A stretch of 64,000 nucleotides of DNA from Eledone cirrhosa. Taxonomy: Eukaryota. A program made the position numbers and the translations under genes. The notes below the pieces were generated by a model. It ran no database searches. It had not been told where the DNA came from and saw nothing but the letters and a program-made list of their open reading frames with translations. The DNA is taken from assembly GCA_964016885.1 (NCBI GenBank), contig OZ024752.1, positions 49,910,001 to 49,974,000 of the forward strand. The letters run 5' to 3'. Positions 44,701 to 58,480 of the stretch are shown piece after piece; positions within the stretch are counted from its first letter, which is position 1; every line of letters begins with the position of its first letter.

Positions 44701-45244
44701 GTGTGAGTGAGTATGTGTGTTTTTTGGGGTTTTTTTTAGGTGTGGTTTTTTTTTTTGTTTTTCTGGTTTTTTGGTTTTTTTGGGGGTTTTTTGTGAATGT
44801 GTCTGTTGATTTGGCATATTGTTGATTAGTTTAAGAGAAGTTCGAAGATAATAGTAAGATATGCACTCAGTATTTTGAATCTGTCTGCAGAATTCCCTAG
44901 ACCTTTGTCACTTAGCAGAACTTAATGACTTTAGCTTTTAAAGAATCTCCCTTTTCTTTAATTCTATCGAGCATGAATGACCCCCCACTGATTTTATAGA
45001 CATCTGCTAGCTTAAGAGAAACTTATTGACAAGGAATGGTATGCCATCCGGAACTTGTTTATAGATTCCTGTCTGCCTTTGTTACTCTAAAAACATAAAT
45101 AAATATAAATTAACTATAGCTATGTAGAATTAGCCTTTAATGAATTCCCTTCTCTATCAACCAATGACCTGCACCCATCCCACTCCCCACCCTCTCCTAC
45201 CACTTGTAGAGACCTATAAATACCATATTTATTTTTTGATACCC

Positions 45245-45295
45245 AGATTCCTGATGATTTCTAATGAATGAAACAGTTCTAGTCCTGTAGAATCT
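45245..45295 (+). ncRNA. Type I hammerhead ribozyme in the PLE 3' pLTR
   Basis: AGATTC-CTGATGA-t TTC taat GAA t-GAA-ACAG ttctagtc CTGT-A-GAATCT: 6-bp stem I, 4-bp stem III, GUA site; U-U mismatch at the base of stem II. Confidence 0.75.
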
Positions 45296-45416
45296 CTTCT
45301 ATATTAAAACTATTATACTCTGCTATGTATTGAGTACCTTACTTACTGTGGTTACCTCCGATTCAACCCGGAATAACGTATATATAATATATATATATAA
45401 ATATGTATATATATAC

Positions 45417-45449
<33 letters not shown>

Positions 45450-45500
45450 ATAAGGAAAAGCGAAGTAGTTTCAGATGTTCAAGTCCTTTAATAATAATGG

Positions 45501-45570
45501 TGTGATATATATTTCAGTGACGACACTGGCCACACTGTTCTGTGTGCGAGTGTCGTGTCATCATCAGACA
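45501..45570 (-). ncRNA. Hammerhead-like motif with long stem II, in a separate pLTR-like fragment (~45450-45665)
   Basis: Minus strand: TGT-CTGATGA-TGACACGACACT..CACAC agaaca GTGTG..AGTGTCGTCA-CT-GAA-ATATATAT-C-ACA. Confidence 0.6.
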
Positions 45571-45663
45571 GCTTGTTACATAATAAGGTTATGTTTCCGA
45601 GGCAATCGAAATTGGATCGACAAGTACGTTCAGTGCTTGAATTGAATTGCATCAATGTTTACC

Positions 45664-45667
<4 letters not shown>

Positions 45668-45738
<71 letters not shown>

Positions 45739-45792
45739 TATATAAATATGTATATATGTACATATATAGATATATATATATATATATATATG

Positions 45793-45873
<81 letters not shown>

Positions 45874-45920
45874 TATATATAAATATGTATATTATAGATA
45901 TATATAGATAGATATATATG

Positions 45921-45967
<47 letters not shown>

Positions 45968-45996
45968 TATATAAATATGTATATATATACATATAT

Positions 45997-46056
<60 letters not shown>

Positions 46057-46087
46057 TATATAAATATGTATATATATACATATATAG

Positions 46088-46184
<97 letters not shown>

Positions 46185-46185
46185 T
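45668..46185. repeat. (TA)n compound microsatellite
   Basis: Seen directly. Confidence 0.95.
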
Positions 46186-46367
46186 GTATCATCATGATCA
46201 TCATAATCATCATCACTGTTTAACATCGACTTTTATATGCTAGCATGGGTTATATATATATATGTGTGTGTGCGTGTGTGTGTGTGTATACATACTTATC
46301 TACATACCGAATTTGCATTCGTTAGCTTGGCCGCAAACTAAAGCTTCGTTAATGCTGTACTAAAATT

Positions 46368-46427
<60 letters not shown>

Positions 46428-47077
46428 ATTATATATATATATACATATATATATATAATTCAATTTGATGTTGGTAATTATTCTTGTTCCCTTAAAAGAC
46501 CAGCATGGAAAAATCAACATTAGTAACAAAATAGACTTTGAGAATGATTGTAGTTGAAAGCTAGATTCACCAAGTGCTATCAATACTAAAGAATATAGCA
46601 CCAACACTACAAACAACAACAATAATTACAACAAATAGCGATAGCATTTTAAAAAACAAAACCAAATAAACAGAACAGAACCTTTCAATTTGAATGGAGA
46701 CATATTTTAAAGATGCCATTTCGTTTCAACTATATTTTCCTTATACATAATTAATTTTAGTCTAACTGCAGAATATTAAATAAATATGAATGATGAGCTG
46801 TGGTCCTAATTTACTGCCTCGGTTTTTAAGAAACATTTTTAGAACTGATAAGAGATTAAATTATAATTTTTAAGAATGTTCACCAAAGTATTTTTCTTTT
46901 TTTCTTTTCACTTAAAGAAATACAGGTTCATTTAGTTCAGGAAACACATAATAGGACATACCTTTCTTAACTATTTCATTATCACATTTCTAATGAATGA
47001 CACTACTTACAATTTCTAAATAATTTTGAAAATAATTGAGAATTTAGAGGTAGTCTTTCTTTAGAAATATGTTAACA

Positions 47078-47376
47078 AAAAGGTTTAAGTTAGCCCTGAC
47101 TTAACTCACTGCAGATTGTAATCTATATCAGAAATTTAATTTATTATAAAAGGTTTAAGTTAGCCCTGACTTAACCCACTGCAGATTGAAACCTATATCA
47201 GTAATTTAATTTATTATAAAAGGTTTAAGTTAGCCCTGACTTAACCCACTGCAGATTGAAACCTATATCAGTAATTTAATTTATTATAAAAGGTTTAAGT
47301 TAGCCCTGACTTAACCCACTGCAGATTGAAACCTATATCAGTAATTTAATTTATTATAAAATGTTTAAGTTAGCCT
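47078..47376. repeat. 70-bp tandem repeat, ~4.3 copies
   Basis: AGGTTTAAGTTAGCCC-like motif at 47081, 47151, 47221, 47291 and 47361. Confidence 0.95.
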
Positions 47377-48023
47377 TGAAATTGTTGTATATACATGTTT
47401 GTTATTTTAAAGTAAATCATTAAATCTAAAATTCCCCATTTACAGAAGAAGAAAAAAAAATCTTTTTACTCATTTCGCTGTGAATAGAATAATATAGACA
47501 AAAGGGTACAAGAACAAAACAGAACAAATTATTGAATTATTGCTACAGTAGATAGAAGCTTAATTACATTTAGTTTACTTCTTTGACCTTAACATATTAA
47601 GACGAGTCAAAGCAGTGAGAGAAAGACAATTTAATTAACTAATCATTAATTTAAAAGTTATTAGCAGTTTCTTAAATGTTTCCTAAATAGCTAGGTAAAT
47701 ATGGGAATGAGAAAGAAAGAGACTTGAAAATACATTCACTGGGGATATAATAGCATCAGCTTCTAACATATAACTCATGGTTACAACAAAGCTTAGAGAA
47801 TATTTTGGTTCTGCTCGCTAACTAAAGACATGAAAGAAAACAAACCAAAAAACTCTAAGACTTACACAGATTTCTTGACCTCCCTCCTCTCCATTCTAGA
47901 TTTTGTTTATTTCAGAAATTAGATATTTAATTACTTGTTTTCTTGTTTTGGTTTCCAAGAAAACAAAAGACTTATTGATTTGTCATATGAAATATTAAAC
48001 TTGACAAGTATATATATATATAT

Positions 48024-48054
<31 letters not shown>

Positions 48055-48419
48055 CCATTTAGCATCCATTTTCTCATGCTTGCATGGGTTAGATGGGTCG
48101 TCCATGTTGAGAGATAAGTCAGGCCAGAATTAGCCATGACATACCTTGCTCTAGCGAGGACTGTAAATTTGGCCAGGGATTTTACAGCTGGATGCCCTTC
48201 CTAACACCAACCATATTTACACTGTGGAACTGGATGGCACCAGTATGAGGAGGAACAGGCCAGTTGGCCATGCTGAACCTACCACTCAGTGGAACCATAG
48301 TTATTGGAGCCCGGTACAGAATGGCACCGATACGAGGAACCTAACCCATCTCACAACATAACCATAGTTATGGTGCTGTAAAACCATTCCACCCAATCGC
48401 AATGTTTCTACTTATTTAT

Positions 48420-48612
48420 AATTGTTTCTACTTTTGGCACAAGGCCAGTAATTAAATAGATCCCAGTGCATTACTGGTACTTTATTTTATCGACCCCTGT
48501 AAGGATGAAAGGCAAAGTTAACCTCGGTGGGAGTTGAACTCAGATCAAAGAGGGCCATAACTCTATGCTGCAAATCATGGTGTCTGATGCTCTACCGATT
48601 CTGCCAATCTAC
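48420..48612 (-). mobile_element. SINE family A
   Basis: Homologous to the other family A copies. Confidence 0.88.
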
Positions 48613-49311
48613 TGCATGGTAGGGACCCTTACTAAAACACACAAGAAACCTCCTATAAGATGCAACCTAATGGGTGGCCAGCTAAAACTGTTTAAGTGTG
48701 AACTGTAACAACAACAAACATATACAAACATGGATCACTTCTGGTGGAATTCGTACTAAGAAAAGGAATTTGACCTTTGCTGGCATCAAATACAATGGAT
48801 TGAACCTTTTGCACTAGTTGCTTTTATCACATAACAAAAATGGCGATAGTAATCTCATGCATAATTAAAAATGGTATTGATGTAAACCAACTGAACAATA
48901 TACACTGAACACTTAAAGAAAACAAAACCTGGGAATTCCTGATTGTTGCAAATTGTTAGGGGAAACATTGCAATAAAATCTCTTAATTGTTTTACTGAAT
49001 AACTTATTATTTTTTCATTAAAAACTATATTTTCTCCATTATTTTTTGACATTATGCTCAGCCATATTTTAGAAGAATTTTTGTCATGTCATTTTTTTTA
49101 TTCTTTTCGTTTAAATTTCTTCCATCAAATATTTGTTATGTTACATTCAATGGAATTAATGTTCCAATTATTTTACACATTGACGGATCCTTCATTGGTT
49201 TTGATGATGAGCAATCAGCTGTTTGATTGGCTGAACAACCAACTTGTGAATTAACATGTAAAGTGGTTGAGTAGTCCACAGACATGTATACCCTCAACAT
49301 AATTCTACAGG

Positions 49312-49640
49312 TTAACCTTTAAGCATTTAAACTGGCCATATCCGGCCAAATTTTTCTCATCTCTTTCTGTTCAAACCAGCTGTAACTGGCTGCTCATACT
49401 GATGTTAAGGTATTGTTCTCAAAATAAATAATACCAAAATCTCATAGATTCGATATTATAGAGATAATTATGTGAGGTAAAGCCTTTACTGTGAAAATAT
49501 AAGGGTAATAGTATATATAGTGAAGGTGTGTGACTGAGTGGTTAGAGAATTGGATTCACAATCGTGAGGTTGTGAGTTTGATTCCCAGACCAGGTGATGC
49601 ACTGTGTTCTTGAGCAAGACACTTTATTTCATGTTGCTCC
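49312..49640 (+). mobile_element. piggyBac-type MITE 1 (49312-49520) interrupted by a SINE B head (49522-49640)
   Basis: Homology to 14074-14300 and to 26252-26375. Confidence 0.8.
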
Positions 49641-51622
49641 TTCTACATGGATTTGCAACCAATAAATAGTATTAGCAATTGGAAAGACCAATGGAAACAT
49701 TATTTCCTCGGTCCGATTTGACGAAAGTTGATCAACTGTCAATATAGAGTAAGGTAAATACTAACGAGTTAAGAGAGGATTGTAATGATAATAATTGCTA
49801 TACAGACGACACAGATATACATGTTCACCCATGGATGCTGGACTTAAAAAGAAATATGATAATATGAAATATATGATGAAGATAAAGGGAGTGAGTTAAT
49901 ATGTGTGGAAGAAGCAGTATTATAGTTAATTTGATGTTAGTAACACAGTCTGTAAGATGATGTAAAGAGAAATAATTGTTTCTACTTTTGGCACAAGGCC
50001 AGCAAATACCCAGGGTATTACTGGTACTTTATTTTATCAACCCTGTAAAGAGAAATAAGAAGATGATGTAAAGAGAAATAATGGAAAGAAGTGGAAAAAT
50101 TAGTACAAATTTGGTGTTTTACAAAGAGTTTGTGTGGGTGTTAGTTTTAGTTCAGCTTGAGGAACAAGCCTTGTGTTCAGCACTGGTTATGCATGACTGC
50201 TTGTAATATAAATATATATATATATACACACACACATATATATATATATATACACACACACATATATATATACACACACATACACACACATATATATATA
50301 TATAAACGTTGTGTCAATTGATAGTTTTGAAGTGAGGACAATATATATAATCTTATTGAAAACTGAAAGTCTTTTTTTTTTTTTCAATTTTTCAATATAC
50401 CCCAATGGCTTTTTGTGAAACACACGACTTCTTTCAAATGTAATTTCAAGTAGAATAAGGATTTCTTTGAATTTAAGGAGAAACTTCAAATATAATTCTG
50501 GTATACTCTGTGTAGTAAATTGAGAAAATATTTTTGTCTATCTCCTTTTTAGATACAGCTTCTTTGTTAAAGATTAATATATATATTAAAAAAAAAAATT
50601 CTTATTGAAAAATTTCAGATATAGAACTCAATTCCTTTTGAAGTTGAATATTTCGAAGAAAAAATAATTTATTATTACAAATATGTCAGCAATTACTACA
50701 TCATCCACTTTTCTTTTCTCCTTTTTTTTTTTTTTTTTAGGAATGCTCAAGGTTGTATTGATGGCCTTTTGTCATATTTCTATAATCTGATTCCATTTGA
50801 CTGGTTTCTGCAATTATGACTTTATATGGGGACTTATCACTATCATTTCCACAACCATCTGTTCCTTAAGAATCCATCTCTAGAATCCATCTTCCCTTTT
50901 TCAGCTGCATTCTCAATCGGATTTTCATCTATATGCTTCACATGAAAGAAAAATTGAATTGAAATTCAAAATTTGAATTCAAACTGATTATGGCTGAATC
51001 AATCCAAAAATGAACTGCTTGTATATCCTAGAATTCTATTTATTTACAATGAAATCTTTTTAATTCAAATTGACAATCTAAGGAAGTTTGTACATTTTTA
51101 TATAAAACTCTTAATTCAATTTTCCATTTTAATGACTTAAACTTTAGTATTGTATTAAAAGAAACTAGAAAATAGTAAAAAAAATAAACACAAAAAACTT
51201 ACAGATAAGCAAAAAGATTTCTTTTGTTGGATATACACCATTAAACCTAAGTTATGTGGATAGGTGTATATTGGGTTTAAAAGCTTCCATAGAAAATATA
51301 AATACATTATTTAGAATATAAATTTTCAATTTTTATTGGGATATCTTCAAATTATGAATGACAAAGACTTCGTTTAAATTTGATTTTCTTTCTGAATCAC
51401 TTTGAAATAGTACGGTTATGATGAAAGCTTGTAAATAATTCTTTCTGCTAGTTTTATTCTGATAGAAATAACAGAGAAATACACAAGGTAATCAACATCA
51501 CTGTTGTTTATAAATGAATTGAATAAGAATGATGTAAGGATATTTTACTTCAATTCTATATTTAAAACAAAATTTAAAGATCCCAAAAAGTCTTTAAAAT
51601 TTTCCATTATTGTAAAAATATT

Positions 51623-51669
<47 letters not shown>

Positions 51670-52624
51670 TGTATATATATATATATGTGTGTGTATGTAT
51701 AAATATATATATATACACAGATATTAGTACATATATATATGTGTATATATATATATATATATATGCACGTATATATATATGTGTGTGTGTATATATATAC
51801 ACACAAAATCAAGATATATGTATGAACACACTGTGATTGAAATTGCTGATGTAATATACGGTAAAGTTGTTTTCAAATATTTATAGTGTCAAATTTTGGG
51901 AAATTCTATCTGATATATAATTAAATAAAAAGCTAAACCAGTCAAATTTTACTTTGATAATTCACGAAAAACCTTCAATTCACATTGATACAGATAATAA
52001 AATCACACACAAAAAAATTCATGTTTGAATTTTATAAAACTTTTCCCCCTTTTTTTCTCTTTTATAAATAAGCAAATTTTCGAGAAAAAAAAAATACATT
52101 AAGTTTGTAAATTCTTTACAACATTCAAACATAAAAACAATATGTAATTTTCATATTTCTTTCCATTTTAACAGATTTCTCTTCTGTATTGTTTCAAAGA
52201 AGGAGACCATCGTTTGAGCTAAAATTTGTAATATTTTTTTTTTTTCTTTTAAACTTTACAAAAAATGGTCAAAATGTACTGAGCTTTTTTTTAAATGGTT
52301 CCATATATTCCTCGAGTACATTTATAAATAATCTTTCCGCTCCAGTGGATTTTGAGAATGTAATAGAATTTTTTTTTTAAATCTCTATACTCATAGCATT
52401 AGAGGTGTTCAGCCATGTTATGTCCTTATTTAGTTATATTCACACACACACACATATATATACGTGTATATATATATATATATATGTATGTGTGTATATA
52501 TATATATATATATACAGAAATACGCAGTCTAAGTTTTAGTCACAAAGAATGGAGAAGACTTGTAAAGTTTTGTAATCAAAAAGATTCACATTAGTGATTT
52601 ATTTACAGCACGGATGTGTAAGTG

Positions 52625-52671
<47 letters not shown>

Positions 52672-53239
52672 ACGTGTGAGAGAGTGTGTGCATGCGAGTG
52701 TTTGTTAGTGTACAAATGTGTATGCTATGCATGCGAGTACACGTGAGTGTGCAAGTGTGTGGGCGCGTGGGTGTATACATGTGTTGTGCATGTGTGTGCG
52801 AGAGAGAGAGTGTGTTTGCGTGTGTGTGTGTGTGTGTGCATGTGTGAGTGTGTGAGAGAGAGTGCGTGTGTGTGTGCATGTGTGAGAGTGTGGGTTTGTG
52901 TGTGTGTGTGTGCATGTGTGAGTATGTGAGAGAGAGAGAGTGTGTGTTTGTGTGTGTGTGTGCATGTGTGTGTGTGTGAGAGAGAGAGCGAGAGAGAGAA
53001 TTGCAGATTCAATCACCCTGATGAGCTCTCAAACACATTCTGTCTACCCAGTTTCACTACCAAGACTATGGATCAATCTGAGGTTATGGTAAATGACTCT
53101 CCCCCATGCCCCCTCTATGTCTCCCATCAAGAGGAAGCCTGGGGCCAAATGATTGTGAAGTGAACTTCTTAACCTTCTATAAGCTGAATTCTTTTATGAA
53201 TTCCTTCCCCTGATACTGTCTGTGTCTGGGGAGGGTAAA

Positions 53240-53765
53240 ATTCCTGAGATCCATGGACGACTTCTCTCCAGCAGTCTCTGTCCCTCATCATTGCTGCCAT
53301 GTCCTGCATCTCCAAGAGGCCAGTGTCTGTCCTTAGGACATCAACATATGTTAACCTTGGACTTCCTCTTCCAGTGTGTCCATGCAGGGGCTCCCACAGG
53401 AGCACTGAGTGCAGTGTCAACTCTGGATGTCGGTGAACATGTCCAGCTAACCACAGTCTCCTCTGTGCCACTTTGGAGCTGTGTATATATATATATATAT
53501 ATATATCTCCTCGGTCTCCCTCTTCTAGTGTCTCTGTGTAGAGGGCTCCCACAGGAGCACTGAGTGCAGTGTCAACTCTGGATGTCGGTGAACATGTCTG
53601 GTTAACCTCAGTCTCCTCTGTGTTACTCTCGAGCTGACTTTTGGGAGGCTCCCGTACAGCTCTGAGTTCTTCATCCTCAGTGTATAGTGATTAATGTTCA
53701 GAGCCATCCTCAGCATTCTCGTGTAGCACCCATCCACCATCTGAGTGAGTTTCTTGGTCAGTGTA
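53240..53765 (-). mobile_element. Rearranged 3' fragment of a second RTE-like LINE family
   Basis: DGCYTRMLRMALN...ELYGSLPKVS...RRLRL..HVHRHPE...LLWEP..G...RG.P.LTYVD.L..D...M.DR..WR; a ~95-bp block is duplicated around a (TA)n. Confidence 0.8.
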
Positions 53766-54402
53766 TTATGTATTAAAGGGGAGATCACTCTTTTGGCGAC
53801 TTCAGTTGCCCACAGCACCAAGAGGGTTAATCACTGGCCATGCTACATCCACAAAATCTAATAAAACTACGACACAAAATATGATATTAGCTAAAAATAC
53901 ATAAACTTAAATAGGAGAATGTTCAGTTACTGCTAAAAGAAACAAACAAAACATAACATAACAAAACAAACAAGAATAAAAGGAAAAGGAAAGATAGGTT
54001 AACATGTCACTCATAAATCTCATCAACTGATTCAAATAACATAATATATGTAACTTAAGCACCATTAACAAATATCAATATTCTTTTGATACCTTTGATC
54101 ATTCATCCATTTGTATAGGTTTGTGGTGTTAGTGTTGGTGCAGGAGGTTTTAATAATACTATTCATTTGTACTTCTCTTTCCTGGACTAACAAATTCGAC
54201 ATTTCAAAGGGAAATGTTTTCTTTTTTCAGTATCACCTATGATATTCCGGTATTAAATTTTTAAAACGGAATTCTCAAAATTTATTTTAAACATTTTGAA
54301 ATAAAAATCTTCTTGTTTTAATGTTCTGAAATGTTTTGAATTTTGTATCCCTGTTTTATTATTAGTATCATTATTATTATTATTACTACTACTACTACCA
54401 CC

Positions 54403-54488
<86 letters not shown>

Positions 54489-54857
54489 CCTTATTATTTT
54501 AAACTCATTTTCAAAAGTGTTTTGTTCTCTTTTTTTTGTTTTTCTGCTTTTGTTTTGTTGTTTGGTTAAACTCTTTGTAAAATCGGTCAAAATGTACTGA
54601 GCTTTATAGAATAACTCCATAAATTCTTCAAGTACATTTATAAATAATCTTTCAGGTCCAGTGGATTTTGTGATAGTCAAGATGTTTTTAAAAAAACATA
54701 AATTATTTTCCCCTGGGTAAAAATTGTATCATATTTCATGATATTAATTATATTTTAAGAATGACAGCATCTAGTAAGTATGTTATGTATTGAAGCAGAA
54801 CAATTCTTTATTATAAATATAAATAAATAATAAGACATAATGATTCAGTGCAGAATA

Positions 54858-54903
<46 letters not shown>

Positions 54904-54909
<6 letters not shown>

Positions 54910-55096
54910 AAAAAGTCAGGACCCCGACGGCTGAGCTCCAGCCATTTCGACAGCTATCTCAGAAATAGCTGTCGAAACGGCTGGAGCTCAGCCGTCGGGG
55001 TCCTGACTCTTTTCCTATTACCCGCTCTACTACCCATAGTATTGAGTACTCTGGTGCGTTATGGCCCACTTGGTTCTTTACCACACTTCCTTTGTT
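54904..55096 (+). mobile_element. Fold-back mini-insertion (Penelope-like pLTR remnant): 54-bp GC-rich hairpin plus ~78-nt tail
   Basis: 54904-54957 is the reverse complement of 54965-55018; right arm has GAA-ACGGCTG gagct CAGCCGT-C (hammerhead 3' half); embedded in (TA)n. Confidence 0.75.
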
Positions 55097-55283
55097 ATAT
55101 ATATATATGAATATATATACCCACATAAATATATATAAGGTTTAAAATGACACCAGTACACTATGCAAAGTGGCTGGTATTAAGATATTAAAAAGAGCAT
55201 CCAGCTGTAGAATCCATACTAAAACTCAAATGTATGTCAGCAAGATATAGCCCTGATCAGTCTAGTAGGACAGTAGCTCTGTG

Positions 55284-55730
55284 ATCATCACCATCATCAT
55301 CATCATCATTTTATGTCTGCTTTTCCCCGCTTGCAAGGGTGGGACTGGTCCTATTCAGCACAATATCTCTCCACTTGTCGCGGTCCTTCGTACTCTCCTC
55401 AGTGAGTTTCAGCGATCTGAGGTCTGCTCTCACCACCTCCACCCATGTTTTTTGTGGTCTACCTCTACTGCGTCTTCCTTCTACTGGGATTTCTTGGCAC
55501 TTCTTTACCCAGCGGTTATCTTCCATGTGCATCACATGTCCATACCATCTCAGCCTTCTCTCCTGCACACCACAACTTATCCCTCTTATACCCAGTTTCT
55601 TTCTCAACTCATTTATGCTTGGTCATTCACACTCATTGACATTGCACATCCAACGGAGCATACTTGCTTCATTTCTCTCCAGCCGTCGCATATCTTCTGC
55701 ATTTGCTTCCCATGCCTCACTACCATGCTA
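55284..55730 (-). mobile_element. RTE LINE 3' fragment with (GAT)n tail
   Basis: HGSEAW...RRLERNEASMLRWMC...RRLRWYGHVMHM...VEGRRSRGRPQKTW; one in-frame stop. Confidence 0.92.
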
Positions 55731-56779
55731 ATATAGAAGGGCATCCAGCTGTAGAAACCATGCCCAAATCAGTTCTGTGTGAGCAAAACTCAGTCCTTTT
55801 ACCCATGCTAAGAATGGAAAATGGACGTTAAACAATGAGGATGATGATAGACCTGAAATATCCAAGATGTAAGCAAGGAGAAGTTAAGCAGTTTTGATAC
55901 ACTCTCACTTTGGCTGTCATTTAAAGCAAGAATAGCAACACTTCTAACAGGAATCTGTTGTATTGGGTTTTAAAATGGCAGCGTTTACAACAGGGATATT
56001 AGAACTTAGACCTTGTTGTATTGGGATTAAGAATGGTAACACTTTCAACAGGGATGAGAACTGAGATCTTGTTGTATTGGGTTGGTGAATGAAAGATGCC
56101 TCTTCCCTCCATAACCCCACTTGCATTAATATGATTTTAAAAAAAAAAATTAAAAATTAAAAAGATAATATATTAATAATAATCTGTGCACGTATATGTG
56201 TATGCGCACACATGTGTGTGTATATATGTATACATATTATGTGTGTGTATGTGTGTTTAGACATGTAAGAATTTTGTGGTTGATCTGATCTGCTTTATAT
56301 GCAAGTAATTAAAGCAATAACAACAACAACAACAATGACAACAACAAAACATAAATAACAACAATAACATTTTGAAAAAAAACACGACAAAACAAAAAAA
56401 ACAACAACAATAATAATAACAACAACAACAATGATAATAATGATTAAAAAAAATAATAAAGATAAAAAATGATAAGAAAGAAAAATAGGTCACACTTTTT
56501 ATACTGATTGCAAGAGGATTAGTACCAAGTAATGCATAAATTAACTGGAGGTGTGTTTTAAATCAATTGCTATTTGTCATACAACTAATATCAATCTGTT
56601 CTTGTTGTTGTCATTAAAAATTCGTTTAGCTTGCTACCAATTCCATGAATACCAAGCAATATCCTCTATGAGGTTACTTAATTTGCTAGAAATAGCAACC
56701 ACATCTACAACCACCAACACCAAATCAAAAGAGTTAAGTATTTTCCAAACTAAATCACCAGGAATTCGTCCTAGTTTAA

Positions 56780-56975
56780 ATTCCTCCTGGATGTTCTTCC
56801 AGCGCATCTCCCTCACCATCCTCTGGGGAAACGACTTCTCTATTCTGTCCACTGGGGCTGTGTAGCGGCCAGCACGTGGTCCCCCATTTGCTCACAATAG
56901 TGAGAGATGAGGAGAGTGGGAGAGATGGTGGCAGTGACAGTGGGAGTTTGGTTCCTCTGTGTTTGGACCTGGTGT
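56780..56975 (+). mobile_element. 3' terminal fragment of a CRE-like RLE non-LTR element
   Basis: FFQRISLTILWGNDFSILS resembles the conserved FQRLS.A.QRGNA..IL RLE C-terminus; followed by a UTR and (TA)n. Confidence 0.6.
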
Positions 56976-56994
56976 ATATATATATATATTTGTT

Positions 56995-57315
56995 TCATTT
57001 CATTTTACATCTGCTTTTCCCTGCTTGCAAGGGTGGGACGGGAACTGATTCTGGCTTGATTTCTACAGCTGGATGCCCTTCCTAACACCAACCTCATTTA
57101 CAGTGAGTGCTTTTTTTGCCGTGGCACCTCCACGACCACTTTGCAGTGGAATGATAGGGACCCCAGTCCCTATCATCTCATTTCTACAGCTGAGTAAACT
57201 GGAGCAATGTGAAATAAAGTGCCTTGCTCAAGGAAACAACAAACCCGGTTTGAGAATTGAACTCACAACCTTTCAATTGCAAGCCCAATGCTCTAACCAC
57301 TAAGCCATGTGCCTC
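56995..57315 (-). mobile_element. SINE family B
   Basis: Close reverse complement of 26252-26596. Confidence 0.9.
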
Positions 57316-58229
57316 AATTGTTTAAAAGATACAAAACTATTCATTTTAAAGTGTCTATCTTTATCTAACAAAAAACATCAACAACCTTCCATTGTAATTT
57401 CATATAAAAACTTTTGTTAAGTTATCTCCCAAATACCAACTTAATAATGAGAAATTTCGTTAAATTACTAAATCTTTCCAATATTTTAATTATTTTCAAA
57501 ATTATTTGAAATTCACAGTCAGTGTGTTTCATTAGAAATACGGTAATGAAAGAATTAATGATTAGAAAGTCAGTTATATTAGTAAATCTTGTCAAATTCT
57601 TATTTTCAAAGTTAGTAAACAATAAGCAGAGATTTTCCCCTAGAAATATAGTTCTAAAGGGGTTGAACAAACAACAAAAGCCACATTAAACAATACAGTC
57701 CTATTTACACTATACTGAAAGACACACAAACACAAAAACACACATACACACAAACACACAAACACACAAACACACAACAAAAAGATGGACTGATCATGGC
57801 TGGAATACTTTTGATGCATTGATTTGTCTGCTCAATCATCAATAACCTGGAAGGAGTGATGGGTGATAGTCTAGCTAACTACAGCAACAACAGCAACAAC
57901 AACAGCTATTCTACTAATAATCATTTGTTTTGGATTGCTAGTAAATCAGACAGTCAATCAAATTGTAGATTGAGGAGGACATTTTACTAATTACATTCTC
58001 TCCTTCATCACGGTTCTTCAGTTTAACTCACAAATTTAGTTAAACACTATCACATACACAGAATATTGCATGTGTCACTTGGTCACTTGATGCTTTCTAA
58101 TACCTTACGGCATTGATAAAATAAAGTACCAGTAATGTACTGGGTAATTGCTGGCCTTGTGCCAAAAGTAGAAACAATTATTACAGATTATACATGCATG
58201 CATGTGTGTATATATATATATATATATAT

Positions 58230-58480
58230 GGCGTAGGACAGAACAAAAGAGAGGCACAAAAACAAAGAAAAGATTCCCCAGTCACTGAAGAGGTCACAGA
58301 ATGTGTGACGAAAGAACTTTGACAATATATGAACAATCGTCTGGTTGTGAGACCAACCAACCAACCGGAAATTTCTAAATTCCTAAATTTATAAATTTAA
58401 TTTATAATAAATTGAAGTGAAAGCAACTGGTGCGTGTCTTTCTTATTGGCAACATGACCCTCCCAAAGTATAACAATATA
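58230..58480 (+). mobile_element. pLTR-like element with a hammerhead-like motif at 58281-58323, inserted in (TA)n
   Basis: GTCA-CTGAAGA-G-GTCACA gaatg TGTGAC-GAA-AG aa CT-T-TGAC; its 3' part is homologous to 39841-40024. Confidence 0.65.

Noticed and set aside
50725-50820. Possible host exon after a polypyrimidine tract and AG
   Set aside because: All frames close quickly and there is no recognisable domain or partner exon; needs RNA-seq.
53017-53035. CTGATGAG hammerhead-like start
   Set aside because: No stem II plus GAAA or stem III follows.
56634-56852. 72-aa minus-strand ORF
   Set aside because: No recognisable motif; the opposite strand matches a CRE-like RLE C-terminus.
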